Assembly: GCF_000143415.4 (NCBI RefSeq)
Contig: NW_003314410.1
Span: 62,001 to 126,000, forward strand
DNA from: Selaginella moellendorffii
Taxonomy: Eukaryota > Plantae > Lycopodiophyta
Reading direction: 5' to 3'
DNA length: 64,000 nt
Shown here: positions 41,867 through 52,527 of the stretch, piece after piece
Layout: each line of letters starts with the position of its first letter
Position numbering within the stretch: the stretch's first letter is position 1
Position numbers and translations under genes: made by a program
Notes under the pieces: generated by a model
Database searches by the model: none
Told to the model about the DNA's origin: nothing
What the model saw: only the letters and a program-made list of their open reading frames with translations

Positions 41867-43834
41867 TTGGCATCGCTGGATCGGCTGAGCGAGGCGATCG
41901 ATCGCCTCGACTTTTGCCCCAGCTCGTCGTGCACGCCGGCGGCGTACGCGTCGCTCCTCCAGCAATGCGGGCGCGCGCAAGCGCTGGAGCAGGGGCGGCG
42001 CCTCCACGCGCGGATCGCCGCCACCGGCCACGCCACCGACCGCTACCTCTGCAACCTCCTCGTCCAGATGTACGGCAGGTGCCGCAGCGTCGGCGAGGCG
42101 CGTTCGGTCTTCCGCGGCATCAAGCGCCGCAACGTCTTCTCCTGGAACATCATGCTCGCGGCGTATGCCCACAACGGGCATTACGATCTCGCGCGGGCGG
42201 TCTTTGAGGAGATGCCCGAGAGAGACACAGTGTCATGGAACGAGATGCTTGGAGCTTACGCGAAGGGTGGTTTGTTGCGTGAGGCGAGAGAGTGCTTCGA
42301 TCGGATACCAGCCCCGGACGTTGTGTCGTGGACGCTCATGGTTTCGGCATATGCCATGGCTGGGCATTTTTTAGAGGCCATTTTGATGTTCCGGCGGATG
42401 GATCTCGAGGGCGTCCACCCCGACCGAGTTATGTATGTGATCATCCTCGACGCTTGTGCAAGCGTTTTGGCGCTGGATCTGGGACGGATCATCCACTCTT
42501 GTCTACTCGACGGGCATGAGCATGATTTTGGGATGAACTTGGTCGTGCGAACCGCGCTCGTCAACCTGTATGGCAAGTGTGGCGCTGTGGAAGACGCTCA
42601 GAGTGTTTTCGACAGCTACTTTCTCTCAAAACAGGGTGATCAATCAGACAAAGAACAAGGTATCACGCTGTGGAACGCGATGATGGCAGCATATGCTCAA
42701 AACGGGCAGATCGCCAGAGCCGTAGACCTCTTCGGCAAGATGCCCGCCAGAGACGTGATCTCGTGGAACACAATGGTTGCCGCGCTTGCTCAGAACGAGA
42801 TGGAGAAAGCCGCCATGGAAACCTTCTCGCTGATGGATCTCGAGGGCGTGCAGCCGAACGAGATCACCTTCATCGCGGCGATCGACGCATGCTCCAAGCT
42901 CGGCAGCCTCGCTATCGCCGAGCTCGTCCACTCGAGCGTCCGCTTCTGCGGCTTCCAATCTGACGTAAGAATCGGAAACGCTCTTCTCAACATGTATGGC
43001 AAATGCGGGTGCGTGGAGGTCGCTAGAGAGGTCTTTCGCAATATGCCAGAGAAAAACGTTGTCTCTTGGAGCGCGCTCATCTCGGCCTACAGCCAAAACC
43101 ACCGCTGCAAGGAAGCTCTCGCTTCGTACCGCCAGATGATCCACGAAGGAGTGAAACCAAACGAGGTGACACTCCTGGGAGCGATCGACGCCTGCGCGGG
43201 ATCTGCCGTAGCAGCGGACGCCGAGGCAATTCACACCAACGTCAGGGACTACTCCAGCTTGATCAACGTCGAACTCGCCACAAACCCGGTGATCGGAAAC
43301 GCGATCATCAACATGCACGGGAAGTGTGGCAACCTCGCCGCCGCCATGGCCGCGTTCGCCAAGCTCGGCTCCAGAAGGAACGTCATCTCCTGGAACACGA
43401 TCATCGGCGCGTATGCCCACTCGGGGAATACCCAGGGAGCGATCGAGCTCTTCCGGGCTATGGCGGTGGACGGGGCAGTACCGCCCAACGAAGGCTGCTT
43501 CACCAGCGTTCTCTCGAGCTGCAACCACGCCGGACTCTTGGGCGACGCTTGCGACTACTTCGCGATGATGGTAGCGGACTTTGGCATCGCCCCCGTGACG
43601 GAGCACTTCCACTGCATGATCGACGTGCTGGGACGAGCCGGGAGGCTGGCGGAGGTGGCGGAGCTGATCAAGAGCATGCCATGCAAGGCCGACGTTATTG
43701 CCTGGACGGCTTTCGTGGATGCGTGTAAGACGCACGGAGAGTTTGGCAAGGCAGGAGAGGTGGTCTTGGAGAAAGGATTTGTGCCATCAAACTCTGGCCC
43801 TTACGCACTGCTTTCTAACATGTACGCTGCGTGA
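41867..43834 (+). CDS. PLS-class PPR protein with E-type C-terminus and no DYW, intronless; start codon unresolved
   Basis: YASLLQQCG, NLLVQMYGRC, repeated MPERDVVSWN motifs, HFHCMIDVLGRAGRL, SGPYALLSNMYA*. Confidence 0.88.
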   Translation: MASLDRLSEAIDRLDFCPSSSCTPAAYASLLQQCGRAQALEQGRRLHARIAATGHATDRYLCNLLVQMYGRCRSVGEARSVFRGIKRRNVFSWNIMLAAYAHNGHYDLARAVFEEMPERDTVSWNEMLGAYAKGGLLREARECFDRIPAPDVVSWTLMVSAYAMAGHFLEAILMFRRMDLEGVHPDRVMYVIILDACASVLALDLGRIIHSCLLDGHEHDFGMNLVVRTALVNLYGKCGAVEDAQSVFDSYFLSKQGDQSDKEQGITLWNAMMAAYAQNGQIARAVDLFGKMPARDVISWNTMVAALAQNEMEKAAMETFSLMDLEGVQPNEITFIAAIDACSKLGSLAIAELVHSSVRFCGFQSDVRIGNALLNMYGKCGCVEVAREVFRNMPEKNVVSWSALISAYSQNHRCKEALASYRQMIHEGVKPNEVTLLGAIDACAGSAVAADAEAIHTNVRDYSSLINVELATNPVIGNAIINMHGKCGNLAAAMAAFAKLGSRRNVISWNTIIGAYAHSGNTQGAIELFRAMAVDGAVPPNEGCFTSVLSSCNHAGLLGDACDYFAMMVADFGIAPVTEHFHCMIDVLGRAGRLAEVAELIKSMPCKADVIAWTAFVDACKTHGEFGKAGEVVLEKGFVPSNSGPYALLSNMYAA

Positions 43835-43948
43835 AACCTTGGAAGTGCATAAGATCACATCAAACTACGTCAAATTTAATTAATTACTTGATTCTTCTGT
43901 ACAAGTGGCTCGACTCTAAAGAGGAGGAAAAAAGAGAGATTTAGAAGT

Positions 43949-44930
43949 CTAGAGCGCGAGTGACGCTCCAGCTCCAGCTGGTTGCTTGGATCCAGCGAGC
44001 TGAAGATTTCCCACCCCACTGGCAACTGGCGTCACGTTGGTGTATTTGGCAATCGCATCTCTCAATCTTTGGATCTGCATCGGAGGTAATCACAGTCACA
44101 GTCAGGTCAGTCCGGCAAAAATCTCTAGAGAGAAATTTTCAATCCAGCTCTCACCTTTGAGATGGTGCAAGAGAATGACTCGAGGTGGCCCTGAGCGCGG
44201 TACACAAAGAAGAGCGGCAGCACCTTGACATTCAAGGCCTTGCAGATCTCCGTGTTGTCATCGTAGTTAATCTTGAGGAAGAGAACCTCCGGATGCTCCT
44301 TTGCGATCTTACACAGCTGCGCGTATTCACCCAAAATCAGTCCCAAGAAAGAAAAAAAACGCTTTTTTTTTGGAGAGGAAAGTAAAAGAAGCATTCAATC
44401 ACCTTTGGATAGAGCGTTCTACAGCCGTTGCAATGTCTTGCGTAGAAATCCACAATGACGAGTCTATCCCCGGCATTGGAGAGTGCGTCAATGAATTCTT
44501 GCATGGAGTGGATTTCCACCATGTTGGGCGCCCCATCCTTATCCCACCATTTCAACCACGGTGCCGTGTTCAACACCTATCACCGCGTCACACATACCGT
44601 TAGAGAAAGAAGAAAAAAATTTCACTTCTAAGTCAAACAAATCACCCGCATACTTGAGGAACTAGAAAATTCCCTCGCAAAGAGGATAAAAAATCTCACC
44701 TTGGACATCCCCGAAGAGCCCGCTCTCAATCTCGAGCAATGTTGCCGCTGCTGCTGCCGATTTCTGACAGCCAGCTGCCGAGAAATCCCCCAAAACTGCG
44801 AACTCCATGGAGCAGCGCCCAATCTCACGCACGAATGCGACGACGACGATGCTACCGACGATTCCCCTACCACAAGCCGCGCGTTCTCACTCGACAAGAT
44901 TCTCGCAGTGGGATGCAAGACCTGCGCCAT
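43949..44930 (-). CDS. atypical Cys/His-rich (ACHT/Lilium-type) plastid thioredoxin, 4 exons
   Basis: Transit peptide; [51 protein letters not shown]...LNVKVLP...[15 protein letters not shown]. Confidence 0.92.
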
Positions 44931-45770
44931 TTCCCGAGGATTTGAGAGACCGCGCGCTGAAATTTCCTCTGATTCAAGCCTATCTAGGATGAAATGGAAA
45001 ACCTCTGGGGCCGCGATCGACAAGAAATGGATGAATGCGCTACCAATTTCGGAAAACTACACACCGCCGGGAAGAGAAGAGTGCACCTGGACAGAGAATC
45101 GCACGCTCGCTCGCTCGATTCCTTGGCGGCTAGCTGACCTAATAGTCTAGACGCTTCCCTTCGCGTGGACGAAAGGGAGTGTTCTTCGATTGTGGATGAG
45201 TCGTGGCCAGTTTCCCCCTTTAAAGCGTCCACACGATTCCGCCCGTCAAACGCATCGCCGCCGTCCGCGTGCCTGGTAGATTCCGGAATAGCACCCGCGA
45301 TCCACGCCATCCGTGTGTCCTCATCCAGTAACGAGTGGCCAGAATTTTCTATACGTGTGGCTAAATGGATATGGAGGGAATTTTGAAAGGAGCTTCCAAG
45401 CTGGAGGCGGGCCATAGTCGATAAGATCCACCGTCCGTTCCTGGCACATCTGACGGCCGCAATAAAAAGTACGACGATCTTTTGACAGGTATAGCCTAAT
45501 GCGGCCCACTAACTCTTTCGGTGGGAGGGATGCATTTGTCAATACCGTGTCAATGTTGTGATGAAATAAGATTTGGAGAACTATGGGCGAATATGATAGC
45601 ATCTTTTCTTTTGTGTGGCAACCCACAAATTCCTGGCATTGACAACTACCATGTGTCGCTGGCTCCATGCTTCGCCACAACTTTGGATCATCTGATACGT
45701 TGCTGGTGTGCCTGTGTGAGCATCAAAACCAGGCACGTCGCCCGTGAGGGACAAATATCTACCAAGAGCC

Positions 45771-47633
45771 CTAATCGCCGCGCAAACAAGTCCACTCCAA
45801 AGAATCTGGGACAAAGGGCATCTCCGCCACAAGCTCGTGGGCTTCCGCCACGTAGCCGCCCCTTGCGAGCGCGTCCACGATACAATTGTAGTGCTGCTTC
45901 GTCGGCCGTACGGCAAAGTCGTACGCCATGGACCGGAGGTAGGACCCGGCGAGAAAGCACCGCCCCGAGTGGCTGCACGCGTTTAGGACGAGCACCCAGC
46001 ACACGGCGTCCGGTGAGACCGTACATTTGGCCAGGTCGAATAGGGCCACCGCCCCGTCGGTGTGGCCGTACGCGCACAGCAGTGTGGCCCAGGAAGCGAG
46101 GGTTTGATCCGGCATTGCGTCAAAGAATTTCTTGGCTCGATTAGGGCCGCCCATCTGGGCGTGGGCGGCGAGCATCGTGTTCCAGGCGATGGCGTCGCGG
46201 CACGGCATTGCCGCGAACAGGCTCCTGGCAGCGTCGATATCTCGATTGGAGCAGTGCATTGCCAGGATCGCGTTCCACGACTGTGGGTTTCGCTGCGGCA
46301 TCGAGTGAAATAGCGCGAGGGCTCGATTGACATCGCTGCTGGTAGCGTGCGCCGCCAGGATTGTGTTCCAGGAAGTGGTGTCGCGATGAGGCATCTGCTC
46401 GAACAGGCATTGCGACTGCTCCAAATCTCCGGCCCTCACCGAAGCGAGCAGCATTGTGTTCCAGGAGGTTTGATTTCCATGCGGCATCTGTGAGAAATGC
46501 CGCCTTGCCATTTCCAAATGCCCTGTCGTGGCAAATGCTTCGAGCAGTAGATTCCACGATTCGATGCTTCGTTCGGGAACACTGCCAAAAGTTCTTCTCG
46601 CGTCCTCAAAACTATTGCTTTCCACAAACGCTGTGAGCATTGCGTTCCAAGCAACAAGATCGCGCTCTTTCATCCCATCAAAGAGATCCTTTGCCAGATC
46701 CAGATGCCCGTTCACGGCATATGCGGTGAGCATCACGGTCAAAGATACCGGCGTCTGGACCGGTATCTCACGAAATATTCGCTCAGCCTCTTCCAGATTC
46801 CCCTCCTGCGCGAAAGCGTTTATCACGGTCGTCCACGCCACGACATTCCTCTCGGGCATTCTATCCAACAGCCACGTGGCACCCGACAGATTCCGGGACT
46901 GGCAATAAGCGGCCAGGATCACAGTCCACGACACGAGATCCCGGAATGGCATCTCATCAAATAGTTTCTTGGCGGCATCCAGCCGTCCAGCCTGCCCGAG
47001 GGCGGCGATCATGGCCGTAGATGACACCAGATTCCTTTCCGGAATTAGCTCGTGAAAGATTTCTATGGCTGAGACTAAATCCCCGAGCTGGGCATTTGCC
47101 GTAAGGATAGAATTCCACGACACAAGATTGACAAGGGGCATTTGCGCAAATACTTCGCAAGATCGATCAAGAAACCCTGCTCGCGCATTTGCTGCTAGAA
47201 TTGTTGTCCAGGAGATGATATCCTTCTCGGGCATCCGATCAAACAGATCTCTCGCGAGATCCAATTCCCCAGCCTTGGCAAATGCCGCGAGCATCGTGTT
47301 GCAAGAGACAATGCTCGCCTCCGGCATGGCGGCGAAGAACAATCGCGCTTGCTGGAAATCCCCATTCCGGGTGTAGCACGAGAGCATCGAGTCCCAGGTG
47401 TAGAAATCTTTGTGCCGGGTGGAATCGAAGACCTCGCGCGCGAGAGCGGCGCCATCGCAGCGCGCGTACATCTGGATGAGCTTGTTGGACAGGAAAGGAT
47501 CGCCATCGGCGGCCCTAAGATCCACGGAGCTGGCCAAGCAAGCGTGGAGCTCTCGAGCCTGGGGCAAATCCTGACAGGCCTCGATCGCGTGAAGGATCTC
47601 TTTTCTCGTATCCCCAGCGATGGCGAGATTCAT
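45771..47633 (-). CDS. PLS-class PPR protein (S-repeat rich, truncated E domain), intronless
   Basis: About 14 tandem 31-aa repeats (FDRMPEKDIISWTT...), ACSHSG, HYNCIVDALARGG, ends in PDSLEWTCL. Confidence 0.9.
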   Translation of the reverse strand: MNLAIAGDTRKEILHAIEACQDLPQARELHACLASSVDLRAADGDPFLSNKLIQMYARCDGAALAREVFDSTRHKDFYTWDSMLSCYTRNGDFQQARLFFAAMPEASIVSCNTMLAAFAKAGELDLARDLFDRMPEKDIISWTTILAANARAGFLDRSCEVFAQMPLVNLVSWNSILTANAQLGDLVSAIEIFHELIPERNLVSSTAMIAALGQAGRLDAAKKLFDEMPFRDLVSWTVILAAYCQSRNLSGATWLLDRMPERNVVAWTTVINAFAQEGNLEEAERIFREIPVQTPVSLTVMLTAYAVNGHLDLAKDLFDGMKERDLVAWNAMLTAFVESNSFEDARRTFGSVPERSIESWNLLLEAFATTGHLEMARRHFSQMPHGNQTSWNTMLLASVRAGDLEQSQCLFEQMPHRDTTSWNTILAAHATSSDVNRALALFHSMPQRNPQSWNAILAMHCSNRDIDAARSLFAAMPCRDAIAWNTMLAAHAQMGGPNRAKKFFDAMPDQTLASWATLLCAYGHTDGAVALFDLAKCTVSPDAVCWVLVLNACSHSGRCFLAGSYLRSMAYDFAVRPTKQHYNCIVDALARGGYVAEAHELVAEMPFVPDSLEWTCLRGD

Positions 47634-47666
47634 GCCAGGGAACCAGGTAGGGTTCTTGGCATTTCC

Positions 47667-48947
47667 ATGGACGAGCGCCACTGGCCGACGCAGGATCACG
47701 TCGATGAAATCCGCAAGAATGTGGAAGCGATGGGCGCTCAATCAGGAGGCTTCCAGATCGTGGCGTCGCCATACCGGATCTGCCCACTGGGCGCCCACGT
47801 CGATCACCAGGGCGGCGCCGTCACGACCATGGCGCTGGATCGTGGCGTGCTCCTGGGATTCGCGGCGGCCGCGGGGCCGGAGATCCGCGTGAGGTCGGCC
47901 CAATTCCCTGGCGAGGTGAGCTTCCGGATCCCGCAAGAATCCACCAACATCGAGCATTGCGACGCGGAGTCCCAGTGGGGTGATCTCGCCCGCGGCGCTT
48001 GCTACGCGCTCCTCCGCGCGGGGCACGCCATCTCCAGGGGGATCGTCGCCTTCCTCGACGGCGGCGAGGGATTCCATGGCTGTGGCGTGAGCTCCTCCGC
48101 GGCGGTGGGGATCGCCTTCCTCCTCGCGATGGAGCGCGCCAACGATCTCCTCGTCTCGCCCGAGGCCAACGTAGAGCTCGACCGGATCCTCGAGAACGAG
48201 TTCCTGGGCGTCAAGAACGGTGTCATGGACCAATCGGCCATTCTCTTCGCGAGACCGGGCTGCCTCACGCTCATCCGGTGCCACGAGCTCGATCGAACGC
48301 ATCAATCTCTCCAGTTTGGAGGAGGAGGAGGAGGATCGAGCTACAAGATCTTGCTCGCCTTCTCGGGCCTCCGCCACGCGCTGGCATCCAAGCCCGGGTT
48401 TAATCTCCGGGTGTCCGAGTGTAACAAGGCCGCCAAGTTCCTTCTCGAGGCCGCCGGGAGGGACAAGAAGAGAAAGGTGGCGGTGCTTGGCGACGTAGCT
48501 CCGGAGGAGTATACTCGGCTCAAAGCGAAGCTAGCGGCGGTGGAGGGCGGCCATCTCGCGAGGCGGGCGGAGCATTTCTTCTCGGAGAGAGCTCGGGTGG
48601 AGGCCAGCGTCAAGGCTTGGGTGGCGGGGGACCTGGCGGAGTTTGGGCGGCTCATGACCGAGTCCGGGCGGAGCTCCATCGAGAACTACGAGTGTGGCTG
48701 CGAGGCGCTGATTGATCTGTGGGGGATACTGGCGGAGGCGCCGGGTGTGTATGGAGCGCGGTTTAGCGGCGCGGGGTTTCGAGGCTTCTGCGTTGCGCTG
48801 GTGAAGGCGGAGATGGCGGACGAGGCTGCGAGGTTTGTGAGGAGAAAGTATCGGGAGGCACAGCCAGAGCTCTCGAAGAATGTTGGTGGCGATCAAGGCG
48901 TGGTGATATGCGATTCTGGCGGCTGCGCATCCCTTATGGATTTGTGA
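47667..48947 (+). CDS. GALAK: galacturonokinase (GHMP kinase), intronless
   Basis: WPT...SPYRICPLGAHVDHQGG, GVSSSAAVG, ENEFLGVKNGVMDQSAI, SSIENYECGCE, GVYGARFSGAGFRG. Confidence 0.92.
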   Translation: MDERHWPTQDHVDEIRKNVEAMGAQSGGFQIVASPYRICPLGAHVDHQGGAVTTMALDRGVLLGFAAAAGPEIRVRSAQFPGEVSFRIPQESTNIEHCDAESQWGDLARGACYALLRAGHAISRGIVAFLDGGEGFHGCGVSSSAAVGIAFLLAMERANDLLVSPEANVELDRILENEFLGVKNGVMDQSAILFARPGCLTLIRCHELDRTHQSLQFGGGGGGSSYKILLAFSGLRHALASKPGFNLRVSECNKAAKFLLEAAGRDKKRKVAVLGDVAPEEYTRLKAKLAAVEGGHLARRAEHFFSERARVEASVKAWVAGDLAEFGRLMTESGRSSIENYECGCEALIDLWGILAEAPGVYGARFSGAGFRGFCVALVKAEMADEAARFVRRKYREAQPELSKNVGGDQGVVICDSGGCASLMDL

Positions 48948-48976
48948 AGCATTTCTCTTTTTTTTTCTTCTTTCTT

Positions 48977-51483
48977 TCAGAGTGGGATTGTTTTGGTCAT
49001 TCTGCTGTGCTCGTTTTCCAGCCTGCGAGAGAGAAGCATTACTTCCGATATAACGGAGTAGAGGATTGGTTCTTTACCTGAAAAAGTTCCAGAGGCCTCT
49101 CCTGAGAACTTCCAAGAACGCAAACATGAACTGCACCACCTGTTGATCCGTGCCGGCACGAAAAGATAAAAAAGAATGCAGCCACGCAAAGCGAAGAAAT
49201 GAGTTGACAACCTGTGCACGTAACAGGCATGAGTTGTTGATATTACTACCACGAGTACTCACCATGGACGCGATGTAGATTGCTTTCTTCGTGAGGATGA
49301 GCTCGTCTCGGAGCCAAGGATTGCGTGACCGTCGCTGGAGCAGCCCCCAGTCCATGACGAGATCCCAATAGAGCTGGTACATCGTTGTACACAAAGATAT
49401 GACTATGAATGATACGAACCAGAGTGTGGAGCCTGTTCTTGCGTACGCAAACTTGGCCATGAGCGAAAGCATTCCGCACAAATACTTGGCAGCGTTGGCA
49501 AGCTGTACTTGATCTCCGTCATGCCATTTCCTGAGGCACTAGAAAAGGCAAGATCACTCCAGGCTCTGGAAGAGAGTCGTACCTGGAGAATTCTCCACCA
49601 CTGCGGAAGCAAAAGCATGGCACACTGATATGTAGTAGTGAAGCAGACTGCAGTGTCGCCAGCCAGAACACGGCCTCCATGGTAGCACACGGAAAAGCCA
49701 AGATCCTTGAGAGCTGAAGCCTGCGATGGAATGGATCTAGCTAGAAAAACGAAAGTGCGGAATAAAAAATGCGGAAGAACACTGATACCTGGCTAGTAAG
49801 CTGGTCAGCAAAGAAAAAATCTGCAAACCTGACCTGCAAAAAGATATCAAAAACGTTCAGCAAGCTACCTCAGGCTGGGATGGAGACGAACTTCAGAAAG
49901 AGGCGAAAAGATGGTCCGGGCGATCAGCCGCAGAAGACCATATCGTGCAGGCTTGTAGAAATAATTGTAAGGAATAACAAGTAGAGCCACCACAACCTGA
50001 ATCCATCTTCAGCAGATTTGTTAGAAGTGGCATGACTGCTTTCTTAGAATCACTGCTTCACTTACCACAATAACAAGAAGCGGCATGTCATTGGTCGTGA
50101 CAGCTTGAATGGCCAAAATATCAGCACCAAGGTAAAGAACCATGCCGAGTAGCAAAATCGCGGCAAGAGCAAGACTTATGAGGAAAATGTCTTGGTGTTT
50201 TAGATCCGCTCCCGGCGCCATCTCAAGCATGGAGGCATAGTGAATCCGCGCCCGCTGCCAGAAGTAGACGTTGCAGGCATACATGCACAAGTGGAGCACA
50301 AATAACGCGAGAGTGCTGTAAAGGATTTAAACGCAGCTCCTTCAAACGTGAACTTTGATCATACCCGAATATTGAAAACGTTGTCAGCATGGCCGCTCCC
50401 CTCTTCCTACGAGAAAGAATATGTAGCAGCACGAAGGCTGCAAGCAATCCCAGGCAGCTCCCCGTCACAAGCCCTGCAAGGCCGCAACACACTTTGCGAA
50501 TTACATGGCCGGTATGCAAGTCACGTACCAGAGTAGAAACTTGTACGCGAGGATGACGAAGTGTAGTACCATCCCTTGATGAAAGTGTGCTTGACAATGC
50601 TGTTCACTTGGTCCATCGTGTCAAGCAACTGCTTCCACGAACAAGTCACAAGATTTTTCCAAGCAGCAAAAGACATGCCTTATGCGAGGTCCGAAAGTAC
50701 GACGTTTCCACAGCTCTCATGTACGCAGAGCTCACGTTTTGTCCTGTGATCTGCAGCGCACGGCAAAGGACCCCGTAAGATTGCTTCCCAGGAACGGAAA
50801 AGCGTGATCACGGTACCTTGTCGAATTTTTTCGTGATTTTCCAGAATGCCATCCTATTTAGCGTGCTGCAGCCAACACACCAAAGATCAGCATTCGCGAA
50901 TTCCTGATCAATCCGGACCTGTAGTTACGTAGAAGAGAAAGTTGTCTGCAAAGATCGGCCACCGCATTGCAAAGAGAGCTCGACTTCCGCGCATCTGTAA
51001 GTAATGGAAATTAGCAAAACTATCAAAAGAGATGCTACAAACCTCCAGTAACTGAGTGGTGATCATTCTCGAGCTGGAGTAGTAGCATACGCGCTCTCGA
51101 TTCGAGTTCTCCTTCCCTGGCGATATAGAAACCATTGACAATGCCGAGCTGCAAATCGAGCGCCCGGAAAAATGCTCGCTCATTCTCGCTAGCGGCGGAA
51201 TCCAGCTCCGTCTCAAATGCCGCATGGCCGCCCCGCGAATGCACAACAATCTGGAACAACATCCCACCAAAATATAATTCGCAACCACGATCGATCGCCA
51301 AGAAAGAAAGATTACTTCGATCTTCCTGCGGCGCCTGCCAAGGAGGTAACCTGGCATCCAAGATCGCCGTGCCGGACCGGAGCGCTTGATCTTGCGGAGC
51401 TCCTTCTTGAGATCCTTGTAATCGCAGTAGGAATCCCGCCATTCCGGCACCAGCTGCCACTGGAGCTGCTTCTGGAATTTCAT
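48977..51483 (-). CDS. PHO1-family SPX-EXS phosphate exporter, multi-exon
   Basis: SPX MKFQKQLQWQLVPEWRDSYCDYKDLKKEL and LNRMAFWKITKKFDK; EXS DFFFADQLTSQ, PQWWRILQ, YQLYWDLVMDWGLL, NPWLRDEL, LEVLRRGLWNFFRLENEH. Confidence 0.9.
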
Positions 51484-51693
51484 GATTCGGCCGCGATGCC
51501 GCTGCTGCTACGCAATAGCGGGCAAGGTTGAGGTCCTCCTCCTCGACGGCATTACGATTGCGCCGCGGGAACTCTGCAAAGCATCGCGCTGCTAGGGACA
51601 TTATAAGAACGGGCGTCCAGCGAACGAGATTCCTATGATGGACAGTGACGCTACCACGGCACGCACAAACAACGCTTCGCCTCTTCCGCAAGC

Positions 51694-51793
51694 NNNNNNN
51701 NNNNNNNNNNNNNNNNNNNNNNNNNNNNNNNNNNNNNNNNNNNNNNNNNNNNNNNNNNNNNNNNNNNNNNNNNNNNNNNNNNNNNNNNNNNNN
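51694..51793. other. assembly gap (100 N)
   Basis: Run of N. Confidence 1.
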
Positions 51794-52527
51794 CAACAAA
51801 AAAAGAAAGACTGAGATCCATATATATGCAAGTTTTTCCCATTTTGGAACTGTGTACTTAATTATCTTATATGATTAATTTAGAAATATTGAGATAATAA
51901 ACATCTAGATAGTAATTAAAATAAAATTCACAAATGAATTATATTACACACACCTACTTTTCCAATCAATGTATGAAACGTAAAAGTTATGTTAATTAGT
52001 GAATATTATACTTGTTTCATCTCCGCTTGTCACCTTTGCGATTGCATCATTGATTTCGATTTTAAGCCACTACAAGGGTGTGGAGCGTAGCATCCATTCA
52101 GTGAGACTTGTTACACGGCCACCACTTTCTTGCATCCAATACCTGTTTGGCAATGCAAAGTTTTTTACAGCAGTGAATACTCAGCTTTCATCAGGCTCAT
52201 ACTGTCCGTCCCAGGAGGCCGAGAAAGGCTGGAGAGCTTAACACGAAGTTAGACAAAAGCTGAACTCGTGCTCTGGTGAGGGAGATCGGGTGTCTAACTG
52301 GTAATACCTACAATGAGACACAGTTAACAGTTTTTTGTTACAGGCAGGGACAGACAAAATAGCGAGGTAAAAAACGGTCAGCTCAATCCGCACCGTTTAA
52401 GTTGTCTGTGATCGTTGAACAGATATTTATTTTTCTCGACGCTCTCTCGATCCTCGCTACCTAGGTTTTGTGTTCTGCGCGAGTGCTTGACGAAGAATGC
52501 GAGCTACTGCTACTGCTGAACGGGTAA

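Noticed and set aside
45150-45760. Short ORFs between the thioredoxin and the PPR
   Set aside because: No recognisable motif or consistent splice model; may be a relic but cannot be supported.
47349-47666. 106-aa N-terminal extension of GalAK in the ORF track
   Set aside because: Begins at a non-ATG codon and is antisense to the PPR CDS; homology starts at MDERHWPT.
52020-52260. Exon-like fragments next to the assembly gap
   Set aside because: Too short and unassignable; upstream context is lost in the gap.
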